A stretch of 39,888 nucleotides of DNA from the IMG/VR virus record IMGVR_UViG_3300045988_053504, positions 1 to 39,888 of that record; one strand, 5' to 3'. The notes under the pieces are model-generated. The model searched no databases. It saw only the letters and a program-made list of their open reading frames with translations, and was not told the DNA's origin. The position numbers and the translations under genes are program-made. Within the stretch, counting starts at the first letter, position 1, and each line of letters opens with the position of its first letter. This document shows, piece after piece, positions 13,725-21,780 of the stretch. The stretch is from a virus.

Positions 13725-14981
13725 ATGGCGCTGACAACTTGTCCGGAGTGTGCCGGGAAGGTATCCGACCGAGCTGACGCATGCCCACATTGCGGATACC
13801 CGTTAAAGAAAACACCACGTAAAAAGCCGAAACCAAACCGCAGACGTAAGTTACCAAACGGCTTCGGCAGCATAACGGAAATACGGCACACAGATCTGAA
13901 AAATCCTTTCTATGCCCGTGCGAATTGCGGAAAAGATATGTATAATAGACCGATCTTAAAGCCTCTTAAACCGGAGGCATATTTCCCGACTTATGAGGAG
14001 GCCATGGAGGCCCTTATAAAGTACAACAAGGGCAAGGTGGACTTATCTAAGGACATGCCCGTGGAAATGCTGTATCGGCTCTGGTTTGCGGAATATGAGC
14101 AGGAAGTAGCTGCTACAACCGCAAGAGTGGCTAAGAGTGCATTCTCTTATTGCCGATCCATATACAAGAAGTCTGTGCAGTCTCTTCGGATTGCAGACAT
14201 AAAGAACTGTATAGAAAACGGAATGGCAATAGAGACACGGGGAAAAGACAAAGGAGAGCTTAAAAAGGCATCTGCAAAGACAAAAATAAACATGAAATCC
14301 ACCCTTTCTATGATGCTGGACTATGCCAAAGAGCTTGAGATCGTAGACAGGAATTGCGCCAGGGAGTGCAACCTTTCTAAGCCGACAGTGAAAGATGCAG
14401 CGAAGGCAGAAAACCCGCACTTTTCTTTTTCTGCTGATGAGCGTGTGACACTGTGGGAAAACCGGGATATGGAGAATGTAGACCTGCTTTTGATTGCCTG
14501 TTATTCCGGCTGGCGGCCGGATGAATTATGCCAACTCAAACTTGAAGACATCGACCTGGAAAACAACCGCATGAAGGGCGGCAGCAAGACAGATGCCGGT
14601 ATAGACCGATATGTTCCGATTCACCCGGAGATCAAACCTCTGATTCTGGCCCGCTATCAGAAAGCGCAGGAACTTGGCAGCGACAGGCTAATTAACGTGG
14701 AGTCCCGAGGAAAGATCCGTCCAATTACATACGCAATTTACACGACCCGATTCCACAAGATTGTAAAGGAATTGGATCTGGATTTAAAGCATCGACCACA
14801 CGATACTAGGGATACATTTGCCACTGTTGCGAAAGAGGCGAATGTGGACGAATATGCGCTTAAGTATATAATCGGGCACTCTATTACGGACATAACAGAG
14901 CGGATCTATACGGACCGAAAGCCAGAGTGGTACTATAAAGAGATGTGTAAAATTGTTGTCGACAAATACTCGACAAATTAA
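13725..14981 (+). CDS. int: Tyrosine integrase with an N-terminal zinc ribbon
   Basis: The track ORF starts at 13695. ATG 13725 follows AAAGGAGGA. Zinc ribbon is CPECAGKVSDRADACPHCG. Catalytic region is GWRPDELCQL ... HDTRDTFAT ... IIGHS ... ERIYTDR. Confidence 0.85.
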   Translation: MALTTCPECAGKVSDRADACPHCGYPLKKTPRKKPKPNRRRKLPNGFGSITEIRHTDLKNPFYARANCGKDMYNRPILKPLKPEAYFPTYEEAMEALIKYNKGKVDLSKDMPVEMLYRLWFAEYEQEVAATTARVAKSAFSYCRSIYKKSVQSLRIADIKNCIENGMAIETRGKDKGELKKASAKTKINMKSTLSMMLDYAKELEIVDRNCARECNLSKPTVKDAAKAENPHFSFSADERVTLWENRDMENVDLLLIACYSGWRPDELCQLKLEDIDLENNRMKGGSKTDAGIDRYVPIHPEIKPLILARYQKAQELGSDRLINVESRGKIRPITYAIYTTRFHKIVKELDLDLKHRPHDTRDTFATVAKEANVDEYALKYIIGHSITDITERIYTDRKPEWYYKEMCKIVVDKYSTN

Positions 14982-15165
14982 CCGATTCGCACCGCTTTTT
15001 GTGGCTATTTAAAAACGCAGAAACGACCATTTTAAGCCATTTCTGCGATCTTATATACACTATAATGTTTTTATTTATGAAACACGGAACCACGGTTTTA
15101 TGCGGTCTGTAAGACCTCTCCGACAAATTTCCGACAAACTACCCGCTTTTTATGGGGTCTTACGG
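14960..15165. other. attP candidate region with arm-type repeats
   Basis: CGACAAAT at 14960 and 14971, then CGACAAAT at 15121 and CGACAAAC at 15132 (11-bp spacing in each pair). TTTTATG(C/G)GGTCT at about 15096 and 15146. GTAAGACC (about 15109-15116) and its complement GGTCTTAC (about 15156-15163). The region lies immediately 3' of int. Confidence 0.5.
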
Positions 15166-15191
15166 CTATTATGTCACCTGTTTTTAGGCAC

Positions 15192-15217
15192 AAAAATAGC
15201 CCGGCTACCTGCCGGGC
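15192..15217 (-). terminator. Rho-independent terminator ending the accessory operon
   Basis: On the - strand: GCCCGGC-AGGUA-GCCGGGC followed by UAUUUUUGUG, 7 nt after the stop of 15225-15467. Confidence 0.7.
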
Positions 15218-15224
15218 CTATACG

Positions 15225-15467
15225 TTATATCAGCTCTATCTCCGTGATCCTGATTACAGTCTCGAGGGGATCATCCTTCTTCTCTACTACGTCGAACACG
15301 TAGTTGATCCAGTCGGAATCCGTGAGCTGTATGCTCCAAGACTCCTGCGGCACGTCTCCTGTGCCGTCCCAGATTTCAGAGAGAGTTATCTCCCCCCCCT
15401 GTTCTATGTCAGGAAGATTGTTATTGAACTGGTCCATTTCTATCGCTTTTTCTACTATACTATTCAT
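15225..15467 (-). CDS. Strongly acidic small protein (80 aa)
   Basis: I counted 19 D/E against 4 K/R. GGAGGTAAGAGAT lies upstream of the ATG. Last gene before attP. Confidence 0.65.
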   Translation of the reverse strand: MNSIVEKAIEMDQFNNNLPDIEQGGEITLSEIWDGTGDVPQESWSIQLTDSDWINYVFDVVEKKDDPLETVIRITEIELI

Positions 15468-15525
15468 ATCTCTTACCTCCGCTATTTTCCTTTATTTTAC
15501 CATATTCTTTGTTACTTCGACAGTT

Positions 15526-15744
15526 CTAATTTTTAAGCTCCTTACAATAATTACAGTTACAAGGCTTCGTTTGCCGTATACACTCTAATACTTCCTTTTG
15601 CGTGTACTCATGTATTACGTGGAGTCCTGGGTCGTCCCAGTACCAGCCTCTGAGGTTGCACCAGTATCCATCACTATCTTGAAATATCTGACTGACCCGT
15701 GATTGATACTTTTTTGGCACCCTTATTTTTGTTGTGTTTTTCAT
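15526..15744 (-). CDS. Hypothetical small protein (72 aa), Trp/Cys-rich
   Basis: ORF containing DSDGYWCNLRGWYWDDPGLHVIHEYT ... CNCNYC. No family recognised. Confidence 0.6.
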   Translation of the reverse strand: MKNTTKIRVPKKYQSRVSQIFQDSDGYWCNLRGWYWDDPGLHVIHEYTQKEVLECIRQTKPCNCNYCKELKN

Positions 15745-15792
15745 GGTTTCCTTCTTTCTGCCCTCGTAATCTCCGGGGCGGGTTATATGTTT

Positions 15793-16053
15793 TTACTTTC
15801 CGAACTTCATGCAAAGAGTAAACATTTTCTTTGCTTTTTTATACCAAGACTTGTAGTCCTTGTAGTCCTCTCGATCATCAACCGCCACTGTAGCCATATT
15901 TTCGAATAATGAATATTTGTACTCCGGCAGCACTTTGTCCATTAAATCAAAGAGACGATTTGCCAATACGTTTTCTTCTTCTCCCCAGAAGATCATTGCA
16001 CATCTTGTATTTGCCTTTGTATCTTTCATCTGTCCCATATATGTAATTGTCAT
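15793..16053 (-). CDS. Hypothetical small protein (86 aa)
   Basis: AAAGGGAGG plus a 7-nt spacer upstream of the ATG. First gene downstream of the operator-controlled leftward promoter. Confidence 0.6.
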   Translation of the reverse strand: MTITYMGQMKDTKANTRCAMIFWGEEENVLANRLFDLMDKVLPEYKYSLFENMATVAVDDREDYKDYKSWYKKAKKMFTLCMKFGK

Positions 16054-16099
16054 ATCACTACCTCCCTTTTTGATATTTCGTTTCCTTTACTGTAATTAC

Positions 16100-16128
16100 A
16101 TTATATTATATGTCCGCTATATATTCAA
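16100..16128 (-). promoter_or_regulatory. Leftward promoter of the accessory operon
   Basis: On the - strand: TTGAAT (16128-16123), a 17-nt spacer, then TATAAT (16105-16100). The spacer contains operator copy 1. Confidence 0.6.
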
Positions 16129-16188
16129 TTGACATTTCTCACAAATATAGTGGACATATATTGTTGGTTTTGTATATAGTGGACATAT
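16108..16188. promoter_or_regulatory. Three copies of a 14-bp operator-like repeat, TATAG(T/C)GGACATAT
   Basis: ATATGTCCGCTATA at 16108-16121 (inverted). TATAGTGGACATAT at 16146-16159 and 16175-16188 (direct, 29 bp apart). Confidence 0.85.
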
Positions 16189-16208
16189 TATGATTATTGT
16201 GTTATACT
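16180..16208 (+). promoter_or_regulatory. Rightward promoter candidate for the RHH gene
   Basis: TGGACA (16180-16185, inside operator copy 3), a 17-nt spacer, then TATACT (16203-16208). A second candidate is TGGACA at 16151 plus an 18-nt spacer plus TATAGT at 16175. Confidence 0.45.
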
Positions 16209-16229
16209 GATTTCAAAAGGAGGTATGCT

Positions 16230-16466
16230 ATGGCTGGAACATATACAGAGGCACAGAAAAGGGCTGCAATTAAGCATATAAAAGAGAAAACAGACGATAT
16301 TCGCCTAAGAACAAAAAAGGGATTAAAAGACCGATATAAACATGCTGCTGCTGAATATAGCAGTAAGATTGGAAAAAAAATAAGTATGACACAGTTCATC
16401 ATTGAAGCTGTCGAAGAAAAAATAAATAGAGAAGATTTGGACAAAAAAATAACCCAGGACAAATAA
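16230..16466 (+). CDS. Ribbon-helix-helix (Arc/CopG-like) DNA-binding protein
   Basis: The track ORF starts at 16197. ATG 16230 follows AAAGGAGG plus a 6-nt spacer. It shows a beta-strand-like DDIRLRTKKGLKDRYKH and a C-terminal helix SMTQFIIEAVEEKINRE. Confidence 0.6.
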   Translation: MAGTYTEAQKRAAIKHIKEKTDDIRLRTKKGLKDRYKHAAAEYSSKIGKKISMTQFIIEAVEEKINREDLDKKITQDK

Positions 16467-16485
16467 ATGCCCTGGGTTTTCTTCT
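16443..16485. terminator. Bidirectional terminator at the convergent RHH/endolysin junction
   Basis: ACCCAGG (16452-16458), a 12-nt loop, then CCTGGGT (16471-16477). TTTTCTTCT follows on the + strand and an A-run upstream gives a U-run on the - strand. Confidence 0.6.
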
Positions 16486-16486
16486 G

Positions 16487-17227
16487 CTATTTTTTACGAT
16501 TCTTGAAAAGGGCCGTACAGGTCTTCTTCCCTGCATAGCTGCCTTTCTTCCAGCCAAGCTGTTTCCAGTATCTTTCCAGGTTTTTCTGTGTTGCTGGTCC
16601 CCAATCTCCGTCTACTGCAATGTCTGAACCAGGAGTCAGAGAATTTAGTTTTCCCTGCATCCACCGAATTGCGTTTTTAGAGGAGGTCTTTTTTACAGTC
16701 GTGTATTTTACAGCCTGGCCACCGATCGCCTTTTTAAAATTGTTCCATTCCTTGTTATCTGCTCCGATCCAAGGCGCAGGGCATTCTTTTCCGTTCACAT
16801 CCCAATGCCGAATAACACGGGATGCCGGAACACCGTACTTCTTCATTAAGAATTTTACTAATTCGATTGTCTGTTCCCGAACATTTGCCGGAACTTTCCC
16901 AACGCTGTTGCACATTTCTACAGACAAACTGTTTGCATTTGTACATTTTTTGTAATAGTTCCCCGCAGCTCCGACAGTAGAATAACAACCACCTACCGCC
17001 CATGCTACCCGATTAACTGCTACAGACTTATAGACGTACTTTCCTCCGTCTACAAAGTAGTGTGCAGACGCTCCTCTGGATGCCCCCTGGAAGTATTTGC
17101 AGTTGTTCAAGGCCGTATCTCCGCTGTTCCCGGTGTAATGTATTACGATGTAATCTATATCCTTTGTGCTTCTTGTCCCGCCGTAATTGCTCTTGTGAGC
17201 AAACTTCTTTTTAAATTTTAATGCCAT
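16487..17227 (-). CDS. Endolysin: N-acetylmuramoyl-L-alanine amidase (Amidase_2) plus PG_binding_1 domain
   Basis: IDYIVIHYTGN ... ASAHYFVD ... RVIRHWDVNGKECP. The C-terminal IRWMQGKLN ... VDGDWGPATQKNLERYWKQLGW is a peptidoglycan-binding repeat. Confidence 0.85.
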   Translation of the reverse strand: MALKFKKKFAHKSNYGGTRSTKDIDYIVIHYTGNSGDTALNNCKYFQGASRGASAHYFVDGGKYVYKSVAVNRVAWAVGGCYSTVGAAGNYYKKCTNANSLSVEMCNSVGKVPANVREQTIELVKFLMKKYGVPASRVIRHWDVNGKECPAPWIGADNKEWNNFKKAIGGQAVKYTTVKKTSSKNAIRWMQGKLNSLTPGSDIAVDGDWGPATQKNLERYWKQLGWKKGSYAGKKTCTALFKNRKK

Positions 17228-17263
17228 GTTATTATCTCCCTTCTGAATATGAAAAGAGGACGA

Positions 17264-17533
17264 TTACTCGCCCTCTGTTGATCCCTCTATAATCCTTGTA
17301 AATGCTTGGTGCAATCCTGTGCTTGCCAAGCCCGTAAACGCCCCGTAGACGACTATTTCCAACGTAATAGATGTTTTAGCCACGCAGCCCAAAACAGCTC
17401 CTAAAACCGCAAGGATCAGCGGGATGTACTTATTCGGAATGAAGTCTAAGGACTTCTTGATTACATAGCCTACGATCAGGCAGGCTACTAAAACGATAGG
17501 AATATAATACTCTGTAATAAATTCTAAACTCAT
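17264..17533 (-). CDS. Holin
   Basis: 89 aa with hydrophobic segments IPIVLVACLIVGYVI, IPLILAVLGAVLGCV and VVYGAFTGLASTGL and a charged C-terminus. Directly upstream of the endolysin. Confidence 0.75.
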   Translation of the reverse strand: MSLEFITEYYIPIVLVACLIVGYVIKKSLDFIPNKYIPLILAVLGAVLGCVAKTSITLEIVVYGAFTGLASTGLHQAFTRIIEGSTEGE

Positions 17534-17551
17534 GTTTCTTTACCTCTCTTT

Positions 17552-17836
17552 CTACTTGTCGATGATACTCTCAAGGAGCTCATCTCTGATCTTTTTCATG
17601 TTGTCGATCCCATTTCCGGTAATCTGATGATTAAGCATAGCGGCAAGACATTTATTCTGCTGTTTCTGCATCTCCTCCAAATTTACCAAACGCTTGTAAT
17701 CCTTTTCCGAATGGTCCTCCAATTTCTCCACCCGGTTCTTAAACTGAAAAGCCGGGTGCAGTATCTTAAAAATAACTGCCCCGGCTCCGCCTACGATGCT
17801 GATTGCTCCGCACACTGCTAAAATTTGTTGTAACAC
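17552..17836 (-). CDS. Membrane-anchored coiled-coil protein (lysis-cassette associated)
   Basis: GTG start after AAGGAGAG. One N-terminal TM segment (ILAVCGAISIVGGAGAVIF) followed by a charged helical region. Confidence 0.55.
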   Translation of the reverse strand: MLQQILAVCGAISIVGGAGAVIFKILHPAFQFKNRVEKLEDHSEKDYKRLVNLEEMQKQQNKCLAAMLNHQITGNGIDNMKKIRDELLESIIDK

Positions 17837-17854
17837 TTCGCTCTCCTTATGTCT

Positions 17855-17874
17855 GCAAAAGGCCCTGCGGCCTT
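17855..17874 (-). terminator. Weak hairpin/attenuator between tail and lysis genes
   Basis: On the - strand: AAGGCC-GCAG-GGCCUU then UUG. It overlaps the stop codon of 17873-18121. Confidence 0.3.
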
Positions 17875-18121
17875 ACTGCTGTTCTGGTGTCTCTGTTGCC
17901 CTGGCGTCCTGCGCTTCGTAGAACTGCTGTGTAAACTCTGCGATTTCCCGCCGCACGACTTCTTTGTTCGCTTCGTAGAGCTTGCTGTCCTGAATATTCT
18001 GATTAATACTGTCTTCTCCACCTCCTTCTGCCACAGTGGCGTTTAGGTAGACCACGGTGCGGTCTGAATCCGGTACTTTGATTTCTCCGGTGAGAGTAAT
18101 TGATCTTTTGATTTCTAACAT
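17873..18121 (-). CDS. Hypothetical protein (82 aa) between fibre and lysis genes
   Basis: ORF with GAGGAGAAAAAC upstream of the ATG. No motif recognised. Confidence 0.6.
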   Translation of the reverse strand: MLEIKRSITLTGEIKVPDSDRTVVYLNATVAEGGGEDSINQNIQDSKLYEANKEVVRREIAEFTQQFYEAQDARATETPEQQ

Positions 18122-18154
18122 GTTTTTCTCCTCTAATATCTAGCAATACAATCT

Positions 18155-19303
18155 TTAAATAATTCCAATTAAATTGAACGTAAGATTTGATCTGGCACTT
18201 TTGTTAATCTTATCATTTGAAATAATATACGCATATTCAACTAAACTAATTACACTACTTTCGACCATAATCTGCGAACATCCAATAACAGTGTCACTAA
18301 AATTAACACGATTATAAACTGCAGATGACGGATAATGTCTATCCAAAGTATATATAATGTAATTGTTATTACTATCCAAAACACCAATTTTATTGTATTT
18401 CGTAATCAGTAAAAACTTATCACTTGATATATTTGCTTGTCCATTGCTGTTAGTAGTAGCCGAAAACAAATTAACTTTTTTTCCTATTTCATCTTTGTTA
18501 TAAACCTCTGCTTTAGTATAAGTGTTATCAACCCCTCTTTTGAGTTCATTTACCGCAGATACAAGATCGGTTTTAGAAGCGGTTGTTAATTCTTCCGGTT
18601 TTCCTACAAACTGATTTACTTTTGTTTCTGTTGCTGCCAAATAAGAAACTTTCACATTTATATTTATTGGAAGAGGAGGCGCTTCAATGGTTCCCCCACC
18701 GTCGTCAGCACCCAATGAAATATCGTATAGAAGGCTTCTAAAGTACGCTGTATCTATTGTGAACTTTATATTGTCTCCAACTTCTATTTTTGTAAACGCA
18801 CTTCCAGAAAGTTTATCTGCTTCTGTATGTTCAAGCATTGGAACTATGGAAATATCTTCGATTACGGAATTTCCAATCCCTTCAATTTCAAGCAGACCAT
18901 TTCCATCGGCTTCTGGAGCTTCATTTAATACAGCAGAACATATTTTCTCTTCTCTGATCCAAATAGAATTTTTATCTTCATCGAGCCTTTGCTTTAGAGT
19001 GGCATACACCGTGTTTTCTCTCGTTCTACGGGAATCTACGATCTCATAATCCGAGGGACTGTCAAGCGTAATGTTTTTTATCTGTTCCTCATATTTACTA
19101 TTCAGGAGATCCATTTTTCCTGTATAGTCTGAGATAACTCCATCCTGCCTCTTTGTATACTTATCTATGGCTGTCTGTTTGGCCTCCATATCGGCTTTGC
19201 TTTCGTCGTTGATTCCCTTTATTCCGTCATGTATCGACTGTCTGACATCCCGCCCAAGCACAGCATTTTTAATATTCTCTAAACATTCTTGTATGCTTAA
19301 CAT
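18155..19303 (-). CDS. Tail fibre / receptor-binding protein candidate
   Basis: The track ORF starts at 19336. ATG 19303 follows GAAAGGAG plus a 5-nt spacer and removes the overlap with Tal. The N-terminus IKNAVLGRDVRQSIHDGI ... TVYATLKQRLDED is common in Firmicutes phage fibre proteins by recall. The 3' third is markedly AT-rich. Confidence 0.55.
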   Translation of the reverse strand: MLSIQECLENIKNAVLGRDVRQSIHDGIKGINDESKADMEAKQTAIDKYTKRQDGVISDYTGKMDLLNSKYEEQIKNITLDSPSDYEIVDSRRTRENTVYATLKQRLDEDKNSIWIREEKICSAVLNEAPEADGNGLLEIEGIGNSVIEDISIVPMLEHTEADKLSGSAFTKIEVGDNIKFTIDTAYFRSLLYDISLGADDGGGTIEAPPLPININVKVSYLAATETKVNQFVGKPEELTTASKTDLVSAVNELKRGVDNTYTKAEVYNKDEIGKKVNLFSATTNSNGQANISSDKFLLITKYNKIGVLDSNNNYIIYTLDRHYPSSAVYNRVNFSDTVIGCSQIMVESSVISLVEYAYIISNDKINKSARSNLTFNLIGII

Positions 19304-19317
19304 ATGTCTCCTTTCTA

Positions 19318-21066
19318 TCAACCTGTCCTCTTCCACATATAAACCGTTATATACGGCTGTAAGTTTCCTGCATTACCACCGCCTGCGGAAGTAGTATTCC
19401 CACTGTTTCCGCCTGTGTTTCCACTATTTCCTCCTGTGGTACATGTCCCGGAAGAGTTCATGGTATGTGTATGGTTACCTGTTGTGTTTGATTTATAAGA
19501 GGTACTTCCAGATTCGAAATTGTTGGGCTTGTTATAACTTGTACCTTTTTGTACAGCATCTTTGTTAATTCCGAGATAATGGTAATGATTTCCAGCCCCC
19601 TGCATCGTATGAACATGATTCGGAACAGTATGTGTATGATTATTTAGGCTATGTACGTGATTATTAAGCCCATGTGCGTGGCTCTGCAACTCCTTATGCC
19701 CTCCTGATTTCTCAACGGCATTAAACTCCCCCTGACTTGTATCTACCCCGACGATCGTTCGTCCTGTTGCAAATGCTGTCCAGCTGCCGCCGAAAAAGGA
19801 CGCCGGATTCGCATTGTTAACAGAGATGTAGATACTGCCCACGGGCCACAGCTTGTTTGTTACTGCGTCCATTTCCACCTTCACCTGCTCCGCAGTATTT
19901 GCGGCGTTGTTTGCTGTATTTACCGCGGTGTTCACGCTCCCGGCCATCCCCTGAACAATGTTCGTCAAATTGGAAGTTCCTGCCACCTTATCGGTTAGGC
20001 TACTGATCGTCCGGCCCAGCACAATCTTGTTATTAGCCGGGTTTTCCAGATCAATTTCATATTTGCTGACAAGGTAGTATGTAGATACATCGCCCATGGT
20101 GCTCAGAAGTCCATGCTGCTGTGACACGCATGGGACCAGATCGCCCAATCTGATAGCGTTTATATCCACGTCTATCATGTGCAGATCTACCGCTGTGAGT
20201 TCTATTGTGATTGCAAGATTCACGCAGGTTTTAAGATATTCCTGCGCTTTTGCAAGTAACGTCTGAGCATCCACCACATCGGGAAAATCCACTTTCTCAA
20301 AAATCCATCCGTATAAGTCCACGGCCTCTTGGTTATAGACATAATCTTTCCCGCCGTTTATATTCGTGATCTTTGTCTGTCCGTTTGCGCCCAGGGGGAT
20401 AATTGCAGTCTTGATATTTTCGGCCTTGGTGTACTTTTTAAGGTCCAGCAGATTTTCTCCGAATCGGATCACCTGATTGCTCACTTTTCCATACTGCTTC
20501 ACATAATCCAGATAGCGGATGCCGTTTTCATGCCGCACACGCAAATATCCAGGATATTTCCCTATAAAATTTGTATTTATAAAATCCCATGTTGTTTCAT
20601 AATTCGTAGATAATTTTGTAATCGGGACACTATCAATATCTATGGTCCCAATCGTGAATTGCTTTTCTGCTCCCATCTGTGAATTATGTTCTGCAATAAG
20701 GGCTTTGAAAATATCTATATTGTTATCTGCCTTATGCACTTCCGAAGATTCGCTTCCGTATGTGTGCGCCCGCTGTACGGAATCTAACAAAAAAGCAAGC
20801 TCCCCCTCACAGGAAACTTGCCCGGTCCTCTGAAAATCTATTTCATCCGTTAAGGATCTGCCCGAAAACAATAGTTCTGAATCCTCATAGACTTCAATTT
20901 TTGATTTCAGCTTATTGATAACATCTACATTCGGATGCCGTGGGAGAATTGAAAAATCAAAGTTACCGGTTTTGTTAAGCTCTAAAGCCACTTTTGGCCC
21001 CAGTAACATATACTCTTCGTCCCTCACGTCATGCAGCGTTTTCCCGTCGCATAAAACTCTATACAT
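19318..21066 (-). CDS. Tal-like tail tip protein (Prophage_tail N-terminus) fused to a tail-collar-like, His-x-His-rich C-terminus
   Basis: It follows Dit. C-terminal half has LWPVGSIYISVNNANPASFFGGSWTAF, HAHGLNNHVHSLNNHTHTVPNHVHTMQGAGNHYHY, GGNSGNTGGNSGNT and the final NLQPYITVYMWKRTG. Confidence 0.65.
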   Translation of the reverse strand: MYRVLCDGKTLHDVRDEEYMLLGPKVALELNKTGNFDFSILPRHPNVDVINKLKSKIEVYEDSELLFSGRSLTDEIDFQRTGQVSCEGELAFLLDSVQRAHTYGSESSEVHKADNNIDIFKALIAEHNSQMGAEKQFTIGTIDIDSVPITKLSTNYETTWDFINTNFIGKYPGYLRVRHENGIRYLDYVKQYGKVSNQVIRFGENLLDLKKYTKAENIKTAIIPLGANGQTKITNINGGKDYVYNQEAVDLYGWIFEKVDFPDVVDAQTLLAKAQEYLKTCVNLAITIELTAVDLHMIDVDINAIRLGDLVPCVSQQHGLLSTMGDVSTYYLVSKYEIDLENPANNKIVLGRTISSLTDKVAGTSNLTNIVQGMAGSVNTAVNTANNAANTAEQVKVEMDAVTNKLWPVGSIYISVNNANPASFFGGSWTAFATGRTIVGVDTSQGEFNAVEKSGGHKELQSHAHGLNNHVHSLNNHTHTVPNHVHTMQGAGNHYHYLGINKDAVQKGTSYNKPNNFESGSTSYKSNTTGNHTHTMNSSGTCTTGGNSGNTGGNSGNTTSAGGGNAGNLQPYITVYMWKRTG

Positions 21067-21780
21067 TTATAAACTCCCTCCCCTATAATCCACGGATACC
21101 GTGCCTGTACCCGTAAAAGTAAGATAGTTGTCTCCTTCACCCAGCCATATATCAAATACCTTTGACTTTCCAGCCGGGAGACTGTACGTTTTCCTATTGT
21201 ATGTTACCTGCATAGCTGCGCTGCACTCGATCACGGGCACGATCTTTTTTCTGCGCCCCGGAATGTAGAGTTGATAGCTCCCATCCACCTGCAGATCTTT
21301 ATATTCCCGTATGATTCCTGTTTCGAAATTGAAGTCGTCCCAGGTCCAGTCTTCCAGACTGCTATACTTTTCATATTTGTACGGGTCGACCTCCCCGGAG
21401 ATGGTGATTTTACTTTCTGCCTTTTCTGACTTTTCGGTGTCCAGTTTCAACCGTCCTATGTAACAGAACGTCGGATCACTGTCCAAGAAAATTTTAAATT
21501 TCTGTCCTGCTAGGTAGTTTGCGATCTCTGATAGCTTTGCCTGCCAATCAAAGTAATCAGTATCCAGCTGGTCAAACTCCATAGAGATTGACCTTTGCTT
21601 GTATTTCACATCTCCTGTGACTGCCTCCGTAAGGTCGATAATTCCGTCTGCACCCGGTATTTCCTGCTCATACGTCTTTGCCTCCGGGAATCCAAGGGTG
21701 ATCGACAACCACCCCAGATTCCAGTCTTTTAAAGTGTGCTTTCCTCCGATCTGCACACCTAATGTTCCTCTATCTTCCAT
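21067..21780 (-). CDS. Distal tail protein (Dit)
   Basis: 237 aa, immediately after the tape measure. N-terminus GGKHTLKDWNLGW ... is typical of siphovirus tail component proteins by recall. Confidence 0.65.
   Translation of the reverse strand: MEDRGTLGVQIGGKHTLKDWNLGWLSITLGFPEAKTYEQEIPGADGIIDLTEAVTGDVKYKQRSISMEFDQLDTDYFDWQAKLSEIANYLAGQKFKIFLDSDPTFCYIGRLKLDTEKSEKAESKITISGEVDPYKYEKYSSLEDWTWDDFNFETGIIREYKDLQVDGSYQLYIPGRRKKIVPVIECSAAMQVTYNRKTYSLPAGKSKVFDIWLGEGDNYLTFTGTGTVSVDYRGGSL

Noticed and set aside
13657-13891. Two - strand ORFs (66 and 71 aa) over the integrase 5' end.
   Set aside because: They are antisense to the integrase zinc-ribbon region, have no RBS and show no coding-like composition.
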